Assembly (NCBI GenBank): GCA_049296775.1
Contig: JBAQTB010000003.1
Span: forward strand, 270,068 to 334,067
Reading direction: 5' to 3'
Source of the DNA: Patescibacteria group bacterium
GTDB lineage: Bacteria > Patescibacteriota > Patescibacteriia > UBA9934
DNA length: 64,000 nucleotides
The position numbers and the translations under genes are program-made. Within the stretch, counting starts at the first letter, position 1. Each line of letters starts with the position of its first letter. The notes under the pieces are model-generated. The model was not told the origin of the DNA, made no database searches, and was given only the letters and a program-made list of their open reading frames with translations. Of this stretch, positions 45,045-54,584 are shown piece after piece.

Positions 45045-45470
45045 ATGAAAGCTCCGCATAAACTAAGATCGGGAAGTAACTCACGTGCGCGTCAGCAGCT
45101 ACAACGCGAGGTGTACTTATATATCGCTGTCGGCATTCTGGGGTTAGTCATTGATTTTGCCTGTTTCTTTTTAGCTCAAAATCTCGGCTTCTCACTCATA
45201 GTGGCACAGTGGATCGGTGCTACGGTTGGCTTTGCACATAATCACCTGTGGCATCACTACAAAGTTTTTTCACACTCGGAACGCCTTACAAAAACGACGA
45301 CTTGGTCATTCATCATGTCCGTGGTCAGCATTATTCTCTCGGGGCCACTCCTATTGGGCCTGAATTCGCTCGTTGACCAGGTCGTAATCAATAAAATCCT
45401 CCTCTTGATTGTCATTAGTTTGCTCCAATTTTTAGTCAGGAAATATTGGATCTTTAAAATCAGACTCTAA
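45045..45470 (+). CDS. GtrA-family polysaccharide-synthesis membrane protein
   Basis: Four TM helices; GtrA-like conserved Lys/Trp pattern (KYWIFK). Confidence 0.6.
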   Translation: MKAPHKLRSGSNSRARQQLQREVYLYIAVGILGLVIDFACFFLAQNLGFSLIVAQWIGATVGFAHNHLWHHYKVFSHSERLTKTTTWSFIMSVVSIILSGPLLLGLNSLVDQVVINKILLLIVISLLQFLVRKYWIFKIRL

Positions 45471-45528
45471 ACTAGGTCGCTAATTATGCTACTCTATCAA
45501 GCATAAACGGTAATCATCGCATTCGATT

Positions 45529-46650
45529 ATGCCAAAAAAGAAGCTGCTGTGGTGGCAAAAAACGATCCTATTATTCGGACTCTGGCTAATTGCCATTAAC
45601 GTATTTGCCGTGGTCGCCAATAACCGCGTCAATCTCACCCCTGACACCGCCTACGGCTGGATGTGGCCAGATGATCTGCCAGTGTTACGGGTCAATAATT
45701 TAATCGATCTCCATAACCGCTGGGACTCAAAATGGTATTTGGAATTAGCTGAAGATGGCTACGTATACAACGGCCCGGACAAGCTATCAAACATCGTCTT
45801 CTTCCCCCTGTATCCCGGCATGATCTGGATCCTCTCCCCCCTATTCGGTCTGCCACTCGCCGGTTGGCTTATTAGCTTGACTGCACTCCTCGGCGTTTTA
45901 CTGCTACTCCATAAGTACGTCGCAACTTATCACCCAGAACTTGATCCGGAAGAAGTTCAATTCCTACTCCTCACCTTTCCGACCGCTTTCTTCTTAAACG
46001 CCATCTACACCGAGTCACTCTTTCTGCTCTTGGCTTTAAGCTCATTTTATTTTGCCCTCAAAAGAAACTTTGTGGTTGCGTCCATGTTCGCCATGGGTGC
46101 CGCGCTAACCCGCGTGACTGGCGTCCTGTTGTTCTTGCCTATTCTCATTGAATACGTCGTCGCCTGGACCAAAGAAAAGCGCGGTCTCAAGCTAGACGTT
46201 CTGTCCCTGGCCTTAATTCCCGCCGGCACCATTGGCTTCTTTGCCTTTCACTGGCTCAAATTTGGCAGTCCGACTTTGTTCTTTGAAGTCCAAAGCAATT
46301 GGGGCCGTGGCTTCACCGTCGCCACCGAACACTTCCTACGTTCTTCCCCACCGGCCACCACCAATCTGTACCTAGACATTGCCTTCATTGTTTTTACCCT
46401 AATTTGTTCGCTGTTAATCTGGAAAAAATTCCGCTTGTCCTACGCCGTGTTTACCTTCCTGGGCGTTCTAGTCCCCGTGATCACCGGCACACTTATGAGT
46501 ATTGGTCGGTATGTCATCGTCCTCTTCCCAATCTTCTTTTTGTTAGCCGCTAGCAAAAATACGGTCTTCAAAAAAATCTGGCTATTACTTTCGATCCTGC
46601 TACTAGCTCTCTACACCCTCCTGTTTGTTTCCAACTACTGGGCTGGATAA
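45529..46650 (+). CDS. GT-C fold integral-membrane glycosyltransferase (PIG-V/mannosyltransferase-like)
   Basis: Multi-pass membrane protein with WDSKWYLELA..GY and FFPLYP motifs. Confidence 0.5.
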   Translation: MPKKKLLWWQKTILLFGLWLIAINVFAVVANNRVNLTPDTAYGWMWPDDLPVLRVNNLIDLHNRWDSKWYLELAEDGYVYNGPDKLSNIVFFPLYPGMIWILSPLFGLPLAGWLISLTALLGVLLLLHKYVATYHPELDPEEVQFLLLTFPTAFFLNAIYTESLFLLLALSSFYFALKRNFVVASMFAMGAALTRVTGVLLFLPILIEYVVAWTKEKRGLKLDVLSLALIPAGTIGFFAFHWLKFGSPTLFFEVQSNWGRGFTVATEHFLRSSPPATTNLYLDIAFIVFTLICSLLIWKKFRLSYAVFTFLGVLVPVITGTLMSIGRYVIVLFPIFFLLAASKNTVFKKIWLLLSILLLALYTLLFVSNYWAG

Positions 46651-46651
46651 T

Positions 46652-47383
46652 ATGGCCCTACCTGAAATTTCGATCATCATCCCGTTCAAGAATGAAGCGG
46701 CTCGTTTGCCGAAAAGTCTCGCCACAGTCTTAGTTTATGCCAACCAGAATTTCAAAAACGCAGAGATCCTCCTAGTAAATGACGGGAGCACGGACAATAC
46801 GGAACAACTCATCAAAAAACAGCTCAAAGATCCACGGGTTAAATTGCTCACGCACTCGCAAACACAGGGTAAAGGTGCAGCTATACGTACCGGCGTCCTC
46901 GCCGCCACAGGTAAATTGATTCTGTTTACAGATGCCGATCTCTCGACTCCAATTCAGGAATTAAGTAAACTCATCATCACCCTCGCAGCTAATGACTGCG
47001 ATATCGTCATTGGTTCTAGGGCAGTAACCGGCGCTACCGTCCTAGTCCATCAACCTCTCAGTCGCGTTCTGATTGGGAAAAGTGGCAACCTGCTAATTCG
47101 CTCAGTCACTGGACTCCCCTTTCATGATACGCAGTGTGGCTTTAAACTCTTTAAAGCCAAGGTCGCTAAAGAATTGTTCCGTGAGCAGCATTTTCCTAGT
47201 TGGAGCTTTGATATCGAGATTCTGTACAAAGCTAAACTCAAGGATTATCGTATTTGCGAAGTCGGTGTCGAGTGGCGTGACATGCCGGGATCCAAAGTTC
47301 AGAGCCTATCAGACCCCATCCGCGTCCTACGAGACGTCTTTAAGATCAAACACATGTACCATCGCAACAAGGAAAGAATTTAA
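46652..47383 (+). CDS. GT2 polyprenyl-phosphate glycosyltransferase (Dpm1/GtrB-like)
   Basis: ISIIIPFKNEA, LLVNDGSTDNT and TDADLSTP motifs; start at ATG 46652. Confidence 0.75.
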   Translation: MALPEISIIIPFKNEAARLPKSLATVLVYANQNFKNAEILLVNDGSTDNTEQLIKKQLKDPRVKLLTHSQTQGKGAAIRTGVLAATGKLILFTDADLSTPIQELSKLIITLAANDCDIVIGSRAVTGATVLVHQPLSRVLIGKSGNLLIRSVTGLPFHDTQCGFKLFKAKVAKELFREQHFPSWSFDIEILYKAKLKDYRICEVGVEWRDMPGSKVQSLSDPIRVLRDVFKIKHMYHRNKERI

Positions 47384-47390
47384 AATCCCT

Positions 47391-48203
47391 ATGAAATATA
47401 CGCTCGCACTCGTACAGATGCGCATTACTTGGCAGGATCATGAGGCTAATTTGCGAGCCATGGAGGCAGCGATTAGCGAGTCAGTCAGCGCTGGAGCGCA
47501 GGTGGTCGTCTTCCCAGAATACGCCATCACGGGCGACCTCCCCCAAGCTGCCGAAAGTGCCGGTTTGCATAAAAATATCAAGACCAAACTCCAGGCTTTA
47601 GCTAAAAAATATCGAGTCGACCTAGTGCCGGGCTCCATGGCAGAAAAGGTCGGTAAAGATTTTTTTAACACCGCTTACTACATTGATCATACCGGTAAAA
47701 TTCTTGGTAAGTATAAAAAAAATAATTTGTGGCATCCAGAACGCGCTACGCTTACCGCTGGAGATAAAGTCAGCGTATTTAAAACTCGTTTCGGCAAAGC
47801 AGGCTTGATTATTTGTTGGGATTTAATCTTCCCAGAAATTTTTAGAGCCATGATCAAAAAAGGTGTAGAAGTGGTGTATTGCCCTAGCTACTGGTCTGTG
47901 GAAGACGCCGGTCCAGGCCTAACGATTGATAAACGTTCAGAAGAAAAATTAGTGGACGCCGCTTGCAGCCTAAGAGCCACAGAAAATGAAATTATCTTAG
48001 CGTACTGCAACCCCGCTAAACCAAAGTGGCCGAGCCATGGCGCCACCACCTTGGGACATTCACAAATCACCGCGCCATTTAGCGGCGTCCTTGGCAAACT
48101 TAATCACGACAAAGAAGATATCTTAATACGGGAAATCGACACCGATATTTTGAAAGTGGCAGCCAAGGCTTATACCATCCGCGAAGATCTGCGCAGAGCT
48201 TAA
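47391..48203 (+). CDS. Carbon-nitrogen hydrolase (nitrilase superfamily)
   Basis: LALVQM..FPEYA (catalytic Glu), K and C (IICWDLIFPE) of the E-K-C triad; start at ATG 47391. Confidence 0.7.
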   Translation: MKYTLALVQMRITWQDHEANLRAMEAAISESVSAGAQVVVFPEYAITGDLPQAAESAGLHKNIKTKLQALAKKYRVDLVPGSMAEKVGKDFFNTAYYIDHTGKILGKYKKNNLWHPERATLTAGDKVSVFKTRFGKAGLIICWDLIFPEIFRAMIKKGVEVVYCPSYWSVEDAGPGLTIDKRSEEKLVDAACSLRATENEIILAYCNPAKPKWPSHGATTLGHSQITAPFSGVLGKLNHDKEDILIREIDTDILKVAAKAYTIREDLRRA

Positions 48204-48205
48204 CT

Positions 48206-48880
48206 ATGGCGAGTTTTAGAACTCACATGGCGTTTGGAGTGGCTTTTGGCGTCATGAGTGCCGTAGCTATCGCCAGCCTAGCTGTCTTGCCGCCCAACTG
48301 GAGCCTGTCTATTCTGATTGGCTTGGCCGTCACTTTAGGTGCCCAATTACCTGACATAGACAGCGACTCTGGCCTGCCTTTTCATATCACCTTTGGTTCG
48401 TTAGCCTTAAGTGCCGGCGGTTTAAGTTTGCTTTACGCCATTGATCACTATCCCGGCGACTATCTGTTAATCACCGTCATTCCCCTCTTAGCAATTTTTG
48501 CAGTTTGGGTCATCCTCGGCACGGCCATTAAGAAATTTACCCGTCACCGGGGCATGGCGCATTCTTTGCCAGCGGCAATCCTGGCAGGCTTGATCACTTT
48601 TCGCCTCATGACCTGGCTAGACTTTGCAGCCACTCAGGCCGCCTGTTTAGGGCTAGCTATCAGCCTAGGCTATACACTCCATCTCATCCTGGACGAGGTG
48701 TGGGCCGGTATGAATTTTCATGGGCAATTATTCGTGCCCAACAAAGCGTTTGGAAGCGCCCTAAAACTCATCTCTCACGATCATAAGCTCACGGTACTGA
48801 CCTACTTCGCCATAGCCCTCATGCTCACTCTAGACGGCCAACTCATCCTCACCACCCTAAACACACTTGTCAACAGCTAA
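48206..48880 (+). CDS. Membrane-bound metal-dependent hydrolase (YdjM/DUF457-like)
   Basis: Multi-TM protein with HRGMAHS and conserved His/Asp pattern. Confidence 0.55.
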   Translation: MASFRTHMAFGVAFGVMSAVAIASLAVLPPNWSLSILIGLAVTLGAQLPDIDSDSGLPFHITFGSLALSAGGLSLLYAIDHYPGDYLLITVIPLLAIFAVWVILGTAIKKFTRHRGMAHSLPAAILAGLITFRLMTWLDFAATQAACLGLAISLGYTLHLILDEVWAGMNFHGQLFVPNKAFGSALKLISHDHKLTVLTYFAIALMLTLDGQLILTTLNTLVNS

Positions 48881-49888
48881 TTAAACACGCTCAAGTAAAG
48901 AGACTAAATTCAGCTCATCCGGCGTCAAATGCCTGTAACGACGGCGCAATATTCGCAAAGATCTAGGTAACTTAAAATTGCCAGACAAGTAATGTTCAAG
49001 AATTTTAGGGTGAATATAACTATGTCGACACACCGCCGCGGTATTTCTCAAAGCCTCGGCTGCGACTTTGACAGCAGCAACTACCGTGCGCTTACGTTCC
49101 GTTAGCGACGCACTAGCTTCATGTCTAGCTAAATAGGCCAAAGCCACCACTGAGCCGTGCCAAGTCCTAAAATCTTTAGCCGTAATTTGCGCGCCGGTAG
49201 TGACGTGGAGATAGTGATTCACGTCCTCTGAATACAGGCGACGCGACTCACCCAGATCGTCCAAATAAGCGAAGAGCTCTTGGCCCGGTAAATCCTGACA
49301 AGCTGCGATCACCTTAATTACACGCTCGTCTTTCAGGGATACGTCATGAGCGACACCGCTTTTACCTTTAAAGATCAGATGCATGCGTAAGCCCCGGCCG
49401 TAAACATGGCGCTGAAGCAACGTCGTCAAACCGTAAGAATGATGATTCTTGGCATAAACTTCATTGCCAACACGCACATACTTGGTATCCAGCAACCTCA
49501 CAATCGCCGCCAAGATCTTGTCCTTTGGCAAACCTCGTAACCGCAAATCCCTGTTCACTTGACGGCGCACTGCACCAAGCGCACTCGCAAACGGGAGTAA
49601 ATGAGCAAACTTTGCGGCTTCTAAGCGTGCTTGCCAAGCGGAATGATAAAAATAATGCTTACGCCCCAGCTTATCTAAAGCCGTGGCCTGTAAATGCGCC
49701 TTAGGATCAGTCGCAATCCAAACATGCTGGTACGCCGGCGGTATTCCCAAACTCTCACATCTAGCGATCACGTCAGGACGAGTAACTTGCCTCTCATTAG
49801 CCGTAAAAAAACAAAATTTAGACCCGATTTTCTTCCGAGTCAGGCCGGGCAGATGACCCGAGGTATGCTGTGACTGTGCAGACGACAT
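48881..49888 (-). CDS. DNA topoisomerase IB (poxvirus-type, bacterial form)
   Basis: IPPAY..VWI..DP.AHLQATALD.LGRKHYFYH, GLTTL, ITAKDFRTWHGS, LRNTAAVCRHSYIHP with active-site Tyr; start chosen at MSSAQ (the ORF track extends to 49996). Confidence 0.65.
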   Translation of the reverse strand: MSSAQSQHTSGHLPGLTRKKIGSKFCFFTANERQVTRPDVIARCESLGIPPAYQHVWIATDPKAHLQATALDKLGRKHYFYHSAWQARLEAAKFAHLLPFASALGAVRRQVNRDLRLRGLPKDKILAAIVRLLDTKYVRVGNEVYAKNHHSYGLTTLLQRHVYGRGLRMHLIFKGKSGVAHDVSLKDERVIKVIAACQDLPGQELFAYLDDLGESRRLYSEDVNHYLHVTTGAQITAKDFRTWHGSVVALAYLARHEASASLTERKRTVVAAVKVAAEALRNTAAVCRHSYIHPKILEHYLSGNFKLPRSLRILRRRYRHLTPDELNLVSLLERV

Positions 49889-49913
49889 AATTTCTTGTAC
49901 CCTAGCAGTATAT

Positions 49914-50387
49914 ATGACGATTGATATCATCTTCACCATCCTCCTCTGCCTAGGCCTACTCCTCACCTTCATCCCGACCTTGCCCGGAGTGCCCATGATG
50001 TTCGGTACACTGTTTATTTACGGCTTAATCGATAAATTCCAGACACTTGAAGCTTGGCATCTCGCCGTCTTTGGTGGCCTAGCACTTCTGTCCATTCTCA
50101 TCGACTACTCCTCTGGATTGATTGGTGCCAAACTTGGCGGTGCCAATAAAAAGTCTTTGCTCTTCGGTATCATCGGACTCTTTGTAGGCTTAATTGTCTT
50201 CCCACCGTTTGGAGCGTTTATCGGTCTATTCTTGGGCGTCTTCGTAGCCGAACTCGTGCAATTCAAAGATAAACACAAAGCCTTAAAAGCGGCCTCCTAC
50301 TCACTCGCCGCCACCGTCACGGGCGCCGCCGCCAATATCCTCATCGCCATCGCCTGCTTGGTAGGTTTTTTGATCATCATCATTTAG
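49914..50387 (+). CDS. DUF456 family membrane protein
   Basis: Four TM helices; glycine-zipper-rich DUF456 pattern. Confidence 0.55.
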   Translation: MTIDIIFTILLCLGLLLTFIPTLPGVPMMFGTLFIYGLIDKFQTLEAWHLAVFGGLALLSILIDYSSGLIGAKLGGANKKSLLFGIIGLFVGLIVFPPFGAFIGLFLGVFVAELVQFKDKHKALKAASYSLAATVTGAAANILIAIACLVGFLIIII

Positions 50388-50404
50388 CGTGATACGGGAA
50401 GAAA

Positions 50405-50432
50405 TTAGAATTTAGAGTTTAGACTTTAGAAA
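50405..50432. repeat. Tandem heptamers AGAATTT AGAGTTT AGACTTT AGAAACT upstream of the 50512 gene
   Basis: Exact 7-nt periodicity; same family as 26481 and 41691. Confidence 0.55.
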
Positions 50433-50511
50433 CTGGGGTACTGTGGGTAAATTTTACGATTAGATCTGGATTCTTGTTATCATATAAACAAATTAATCCT
50501 TTTCCTTGTAG

Positions 50512-52128
50512 GTGCCTATGTACTCACTAAAATTAACTCCTTTATCGCTCCTACGTACGGCAGCGGTGTTTGGCTTAGTAGCTATCGCTTCCCTAGCCTT
50601 CTTCAGCCAGGCCCACGCCGCCGACACCATTAACTCCGCCGTCTACCAGGATGCTAACGGTGACGGTACGGTAGATAGAATTCGCTGGACCATGGATGAA
50701 AACGTCACCGCCTGTACTTACGAAGCCGGTGACTGGACCGTTAACACCGCTAGTCAGATGACCGTCGTTATCACGGGCTTAACCTGTGCTACTAACGATG
50801 CCTTCCTTTACATCAACATCACCACTGACGCCAATGAAACTGGCGCCGCTACCAGCCCAGTCGTGAGCTACGCCAACGCCGTCACCGCTGGAAGTGTTAC
50901 TCTAACCAGCGGTAACATGGCAGCACATGCCAGCATAACTGCAGATGATGGTGCTGCTCCAGTACTGGTCAGCACATCACCTACCAGTGCTGCCACCGGT
51001 GTTGCGACCTCTGCAAGTGTCGTTTTAACCTTTTCTGAAGCCATGGCGACCACCTTCGTGGAAGGCACGGAATTCACCATCTCTCCTGATCCAGGTGCCT
51101 TCTCAGCAGCCTGGACTGTGAGCGACTCTGTAGTCACTTTGAGCATGACGGATCTTCACTGTTCGCTGGCATACACCATCACTACAGTCGAAGCTGAAGT
51201 CCTGGCTTCAGCAGGTACACCTGACGCTTTAATCACCACTGGTCCACAAGATGGTGACTGGACTTTTACGGCCTCGCCTTGTGGCAGCAGTACAGGTTCA
51301 TCTAGCCCAGCTGTCATCAGCTCATTCACTTACGCTGGTCCAGTATGTTCGGCTACTAACACCCACTCTTTCTCAATTACCGGTAGCAATATTGACGCGC
51401 ATCTAGTCTCAGGTGACATGTATTTCGCCGATGCTACTTGGGAATCAAATAACATTGAAGGTTCAGCAACCATTGAGGCTGCTTTTGCGGCTAACGCCAC
51501 TACGGCCTATTTAGCTCTTAAGAGCGACTCCGGCGCCGTCAGCAACACCCATTCTTTCAGCTTGAGCAGCTGGGCCTCAGCCTGTGCTAGCTCAACGGAT
51601 GACGAAACACCTACAGATGATTCAGAAACTGACGATAACGATAGTAGTGAAGATGAAATCGTTCCAGTGGCCGGAGTTTCTCCAGGCGACGTCATTCACA
51701 GCAGTAGCTCAACCGCTGTTTACTACGTGACTCCAACCTACGGTCGCCGCGTCTTCATTAACGAGGCTACCTACTTTACCTGGTTCCATTCCTTTGACGT
51801 GGTGAAGGAAGTTAGCACCAGTACCCTGGCCGCTCTTCCACTAGAAGGCAACATGTTACCAAAGGCCGGTGTGGTACTCGTTAAAATCCAATCATCTCCA
51901 GTAGTTTACTTCTTGGATGATAGCAACACCTATCTAGTCCCTGCTCTACGTGAAATTCGTGATGAGGCTACAGCTATTACCCTCTTTGGTAGTGCCTGGG
52001 CTGATTACGTGATCGATGTTGAGCCAACCTTCTTCATGAAGTTTGAAGCCGGCCTGGATGTAGAGGTTGGTGAAGACCTAGACATTGACATCGGTACCAT
52101 GAAAAAGCGGGTTAACTTGCACGAGTAA
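50512..52128 (+). CDS. Secreted surface protein sharing a C-terminal ~120-aa domain with the giant adhesin
   Basis: Signal peptide, Ig-like region, acidic D/T/E linker, then a C-terminal domain alignable to the 20506..26448 protein (YY/YW..R..F.NE..FTWF..D..V......L...P..LP..GV.LV.I.S.P.VY). Confidence 0.6.
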   Translation: MPMYSLKLTPLSLLRTAAVFGLVAIASLAFFSQAHAADTINSAVYQDANGDGTVDRIRWTMDENVTACTYEAGDWTVNTASQMTVVITGLTCATNDAFLYINITTDANETGAATSPVVSYANAVTAGSVTLTSGNMAAHASITADDGAAPVLVSTSPTSAATGVATSASVVLTFSEAMATTFVEGTEFTISPDPGAFSAAWTVSDSVVTLSMTDLHCSLAYTITTVEAEVLASAGTPDALITTGPQDGDWTFTASPCGSSTGSSSPAVISSFTYAGPVCSATNTHSFSITGSNIDAHLVSGDMYFADATWESNNIEGSATIEAAFAANATTAYLALKSDSGAVSNTHSFSLSSWASACASSTDDETPTDDSETDDNDSSEDEIVPVAGVSPGDVIHSSSSTAVYYVTPTYGRRVFINEATYFTWFHSFDVVKEVSTSTLAALPLEGNMLPKAGVVLVKIQSSPVVYFLDDSNTYLVPALREIRDEATAITLFGSAWADYVIDVEPTFFMKFEAGLDVEVGEDLDIDIGTMKKRVNLHE

Positions 52129-52142
52129 TCATTAAGTAGATT

Positions 52143-52174
52143 AAAAACACCAGTCTACCCAGGCTGGTGTTTTT
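52143..52174 (+). terminator. Hairpin family member (AAAAACACCAGTCT-ACCC-AGGCTGGTGTTTTT)
   Basis: Read directly from the sequence. Confidence 0.55.
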
Positions 52175-52388
52175 GCTTACTTTATGGTAGGCTGGTTCTT
52201 TATGACTAGTCGCCAAATCATCATCTTAGGCAGTCTCATTGGCTCCACGTTAACCGTGCTCTTTTTGATGGCGTATATTTTGATTTGGATTGCTAGAGGC
52301 TAAACAACTGAGCACAGGCCACTCTTCACTAATTGCCACAGCTACGTTAAAATAGACAAGTTGTAAGTCAATTAAGCCTGAAATTGTT

Positions 52389-52868
52389 ATGAGTAAAAAA
52401 GCCTTCGCGAGTTTAGCTTTAATTCTATTAGCTGGTGCTGGTTGCTCGAGTACAGCGACCGTGACACCGGAAGTACCGATCACCATAGAAGATAGCATTT
52501 TAGACACAGAACCGGTCATTGAAATTATTACCGATCACGAAGACCCCACCACACCTCCCAACTCAGACAATGCCGATGACGCAGAAGGCGCCGTAAAAGA
52601 ATTTACCATTACCGGCGGCAATTTTGCCTTCACTCCAGATGTCATGACTGTAAAGAAAGGTGACACTGTACGAATTACTTTCAAGAATGATGACGGCTTT
52701 CATGATTTAGTCATCGATGAATTTGCAGTTGCTACCAAACAAATCCAAGCTGGCGCCAGTGAAGTCGTGGAGTTTGTAGCTGACAAGGCTGGAACTTTTG
52801 AATACTACTGCTCAGTTGGTAAGCACCGCGAAATGGGCATGAAGGGCGTCCTCACTGTAACAGAATAA
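52389..52868 (+). CDS. Cupredoxin-like (type-1 blue copper) lipoprotein
   Basis: Lipobox LLAGAGCSS; copper-ligand pattern FHDL...YYCSVGKHREMGM (His, Cys, His, Met). Confidence 0.7.
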   Translation: MSKKAFASLALILLAGAGCSSTATVTPEVPITIEDSILDTEPVIEIITDHEDPTTPPNSDNADDAEGAVKEFTITGGNFAFTPDVMTVKKGDTVRITFKNDDGFHDLVIDEFAVATKQIQAGASEVVEFVADKAGTFEYYCSVGKHREMGMKGVLTVTE

Positions 52869-52871
52869 GAT

Positions 52872-53249
52872 ATGGCTAATGCCAGACAATACTTAATCGG
52901 CTTAGTGGTAAGCGTATTTTTGGCCGGCGGACTCATAATCGTCATCTGGAACGAGTCCCAAGCCGAGCCAGCCGCTGACGTCGACAATCCTCCCACCACA
53001 TCACAAACTGAAACTTACAACCTGGCCACCATCCAAGTACACGGAGACGCTACCAGCTGTTGGACCGCCATTGAAGGCAACGTCTACGACCTCACAGATT
53101 ACATTGCCAACCATCCTGGTGGCTCTAAAGCCATTCTAGCCGTATGTGGCAGTGATGGCACAGGTTCATTCAACAGCATGCCGGGCAGCGTCATGGTGGC
53201 GGCACGTCTAGCGCTCAGCAAATTCAAAATCGGTACTCTCAGCGACTAA
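52872..53249 (+). CDS. Membrane-anchored cytochrome b5-like heme-binding protein
   Basis: N-terminal TM helix; HPGG motif with flanking His (ANHPGGSKAIL) of the cytochrome b5 fold. Confidence 0.65.
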   Translation: MANARQYLIGLVVSVFLAGGLIIVIWNESQAEPAADVDNPPTTSQTETYNLATIQVHGDATSCWTAIEGNVYDLTDYIANHPGGSKAILAVCGSDGTGSFNSMPGSVMVAARLALSKFKIGTLSD

Positions 53250-53259
53250 CGCTTAGCTT

Positions 53260-53670
53260 ATGCGAAATACCGATCACTTTGCACCCATTATCTTACGCCT
53301 GGGATTAGCCGTAGTCTTCCTGTGGTTTGGTCTGCAGCAATTCATTGCGCCAAGTGACTGGACGGCCTTTGTGCCAGGTTTTACGGCTAACCCCTGGGTC
53401 TCCCCCACGTCCATCATCCTTCTAAATGCCTGGTTTGAAGTCATGGCCGCCGCTCTCCTCATCAAGGGATTCCTGGTTAGGCCCGTGGCGATTACGCTTA
53501 GCTTACACATGCTGCTCATCACCCTGGATACGGGCGGCGCCATTGGTATGCGGGATTTCGGCATTGCCATGGCCTGTCTCGCCCTAGCTAGCCTAACTCC
53601 TGACCGCTGGAGCCTGGATAGCTGGCTCAAGAATCGTGAAATAAACCCTAAACACACACCCGTAGTCTAA
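53260..53670 (+). CDS. DoxX family membrane protein
   Basis: RLGLAVVFLWFGLQQF N-terminus and 3-4 TM pattern typical of DoxX. Confidence 0.6.
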   Translation: MRNTDHFAPIILRLGLAVVFLWFGLQQFIAPSDWTAFVPGFTANPWVSPTSIILLNAWFEVMAAALLIKGFLVRPVAITLSLHMLLITLDTGGAIGMRDFGIAMACLALASLTPDRWSLDSWLKNREINPKHTPVV

Positions 53671-53675
53671 AAAGC

Positions 53676-53702
53676 AAAAAACCACCGCTTAGGTGGTTTT
53701 TT
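53676..53702 (+). terminator. Rho-independent terminator (AAAAAACCACC-GCTTA-GGTGGTTTTTT)
   Basis: Perfect stem with flanking A/T runs. Confidence 0.6.
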
Positions 53703-53715
53703 ACTTACGCTGTGC

Positions 53716-53844
53716 TTAGGCCTGAGCCTCTGGCATAGCTTCCTCTGTAGGAGCTGCGACCTCCTCAACTGAGGTATCATCAGCCATAGGAGCTGCTGCA
53801 GTATCATCGGTCATCGGAGCTGCTACGGTTTCATCGTCGAACAT
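53716..53844 (-). CDS. Candidate 42-aa acidic repeat micro-protein (MFDDETVAAPMTDDTAAAPMADDTSVEEVAAPTEEAMPEAQA)
   Basis: ATG..TAA ORF on the minus strand with AAPM(T/A)DD tandem motif; below the ORF-track cutoff; no RBS evident. Confidence 0.2.
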   Translation of the reverse strand: MFDDETVAAPMTDDTAAAPMADDTSVEEVAAPTEEAMPEAQA

Positions 53845-53969
53845 AATAAATATGCTTAAAGAATCAGACGAGTCCCCCCACAAAGATGAGGACTAAATAA
53901 GTATACGCCTCTAAGCTCATAAGTCAATGAAGATTAGCTAAAAATCGCGGTAATCAAAGCAAGCCCTAT

Positions 53970-54581
53970 ATGACCTACACCACCCTAGCTGATCAAGCCA
54001 CCATCAAGAGGACTCTAACCGCCCTAGAAGGGCGCAATATCCACACTAAACACGTCAAAACTGCCGCCGAGGCACTCGAAGCTATCAAAAGTCTGATTCC
54101 AGCCGGGGCCTCAATCATGTCTGGCGGCTCGACTACGCTAGAACAGATTGGCTATATTGAAATCCTAAAAAATAATGATCATCCCTGGAAGAATCTGAAG
54201 AATGAAATCCTGGCAGAAACAGACCCCGCTGAACAGAATAAGCTCAGAGCACAAAGCTCACTAGCTGACTTCTTTCTTGGCAGCGTTCACGCCGTCACTG
54301 AAAACGGCGAACTACTCATCGCCTCCGCTACCGGCAGCCAACTTGGCCCCTACGCCTTCACTAGCCCCAACGTCATTTGGATCGTGGGAGCACAAAAAAT
54401 CGTCCCCAATCTAGAGGCGGCATTTTCACGTGTCAGAGAACATGTCTTTCCACTTGAAGATGCACGCATGAAAGCCACCGGCGCCCCAGGGAGCGTGTTT
54501 GGAAAGTGGCTGATCTTTGAACGTGAAGTCATGCCACGCAATCTCCATCTCATCTTAGTTGATGAAGTTCTAGGGTTCTAA
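53970..54581 (+). CDS. LUD domain protein (LutC/YkgG-like)
   Basis: SGGSTTLEQIG...NG.LLIAS.TGSQ pattern of the LUD fold. Confidence 0.55.
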   Translation: MTYTTLADQATIKRTLTALEGRNIHTKHVKTAAEALEAIKSLIPAGASIMSGGSTTLEQIGYIEILKNNDHPWKNLKNEILAETDPAEQNKLRAQSSLADFFLGSVHAVTENGELLIASATGSQLGPYAFTSPNVIWIVGAQKIVPNLEAAFSRVREHVFPLEDARMKATGAPGSVFGKWLIFEREVMPRNLHLILVDEVLGF

Positions 54582-54584
54582 ACT

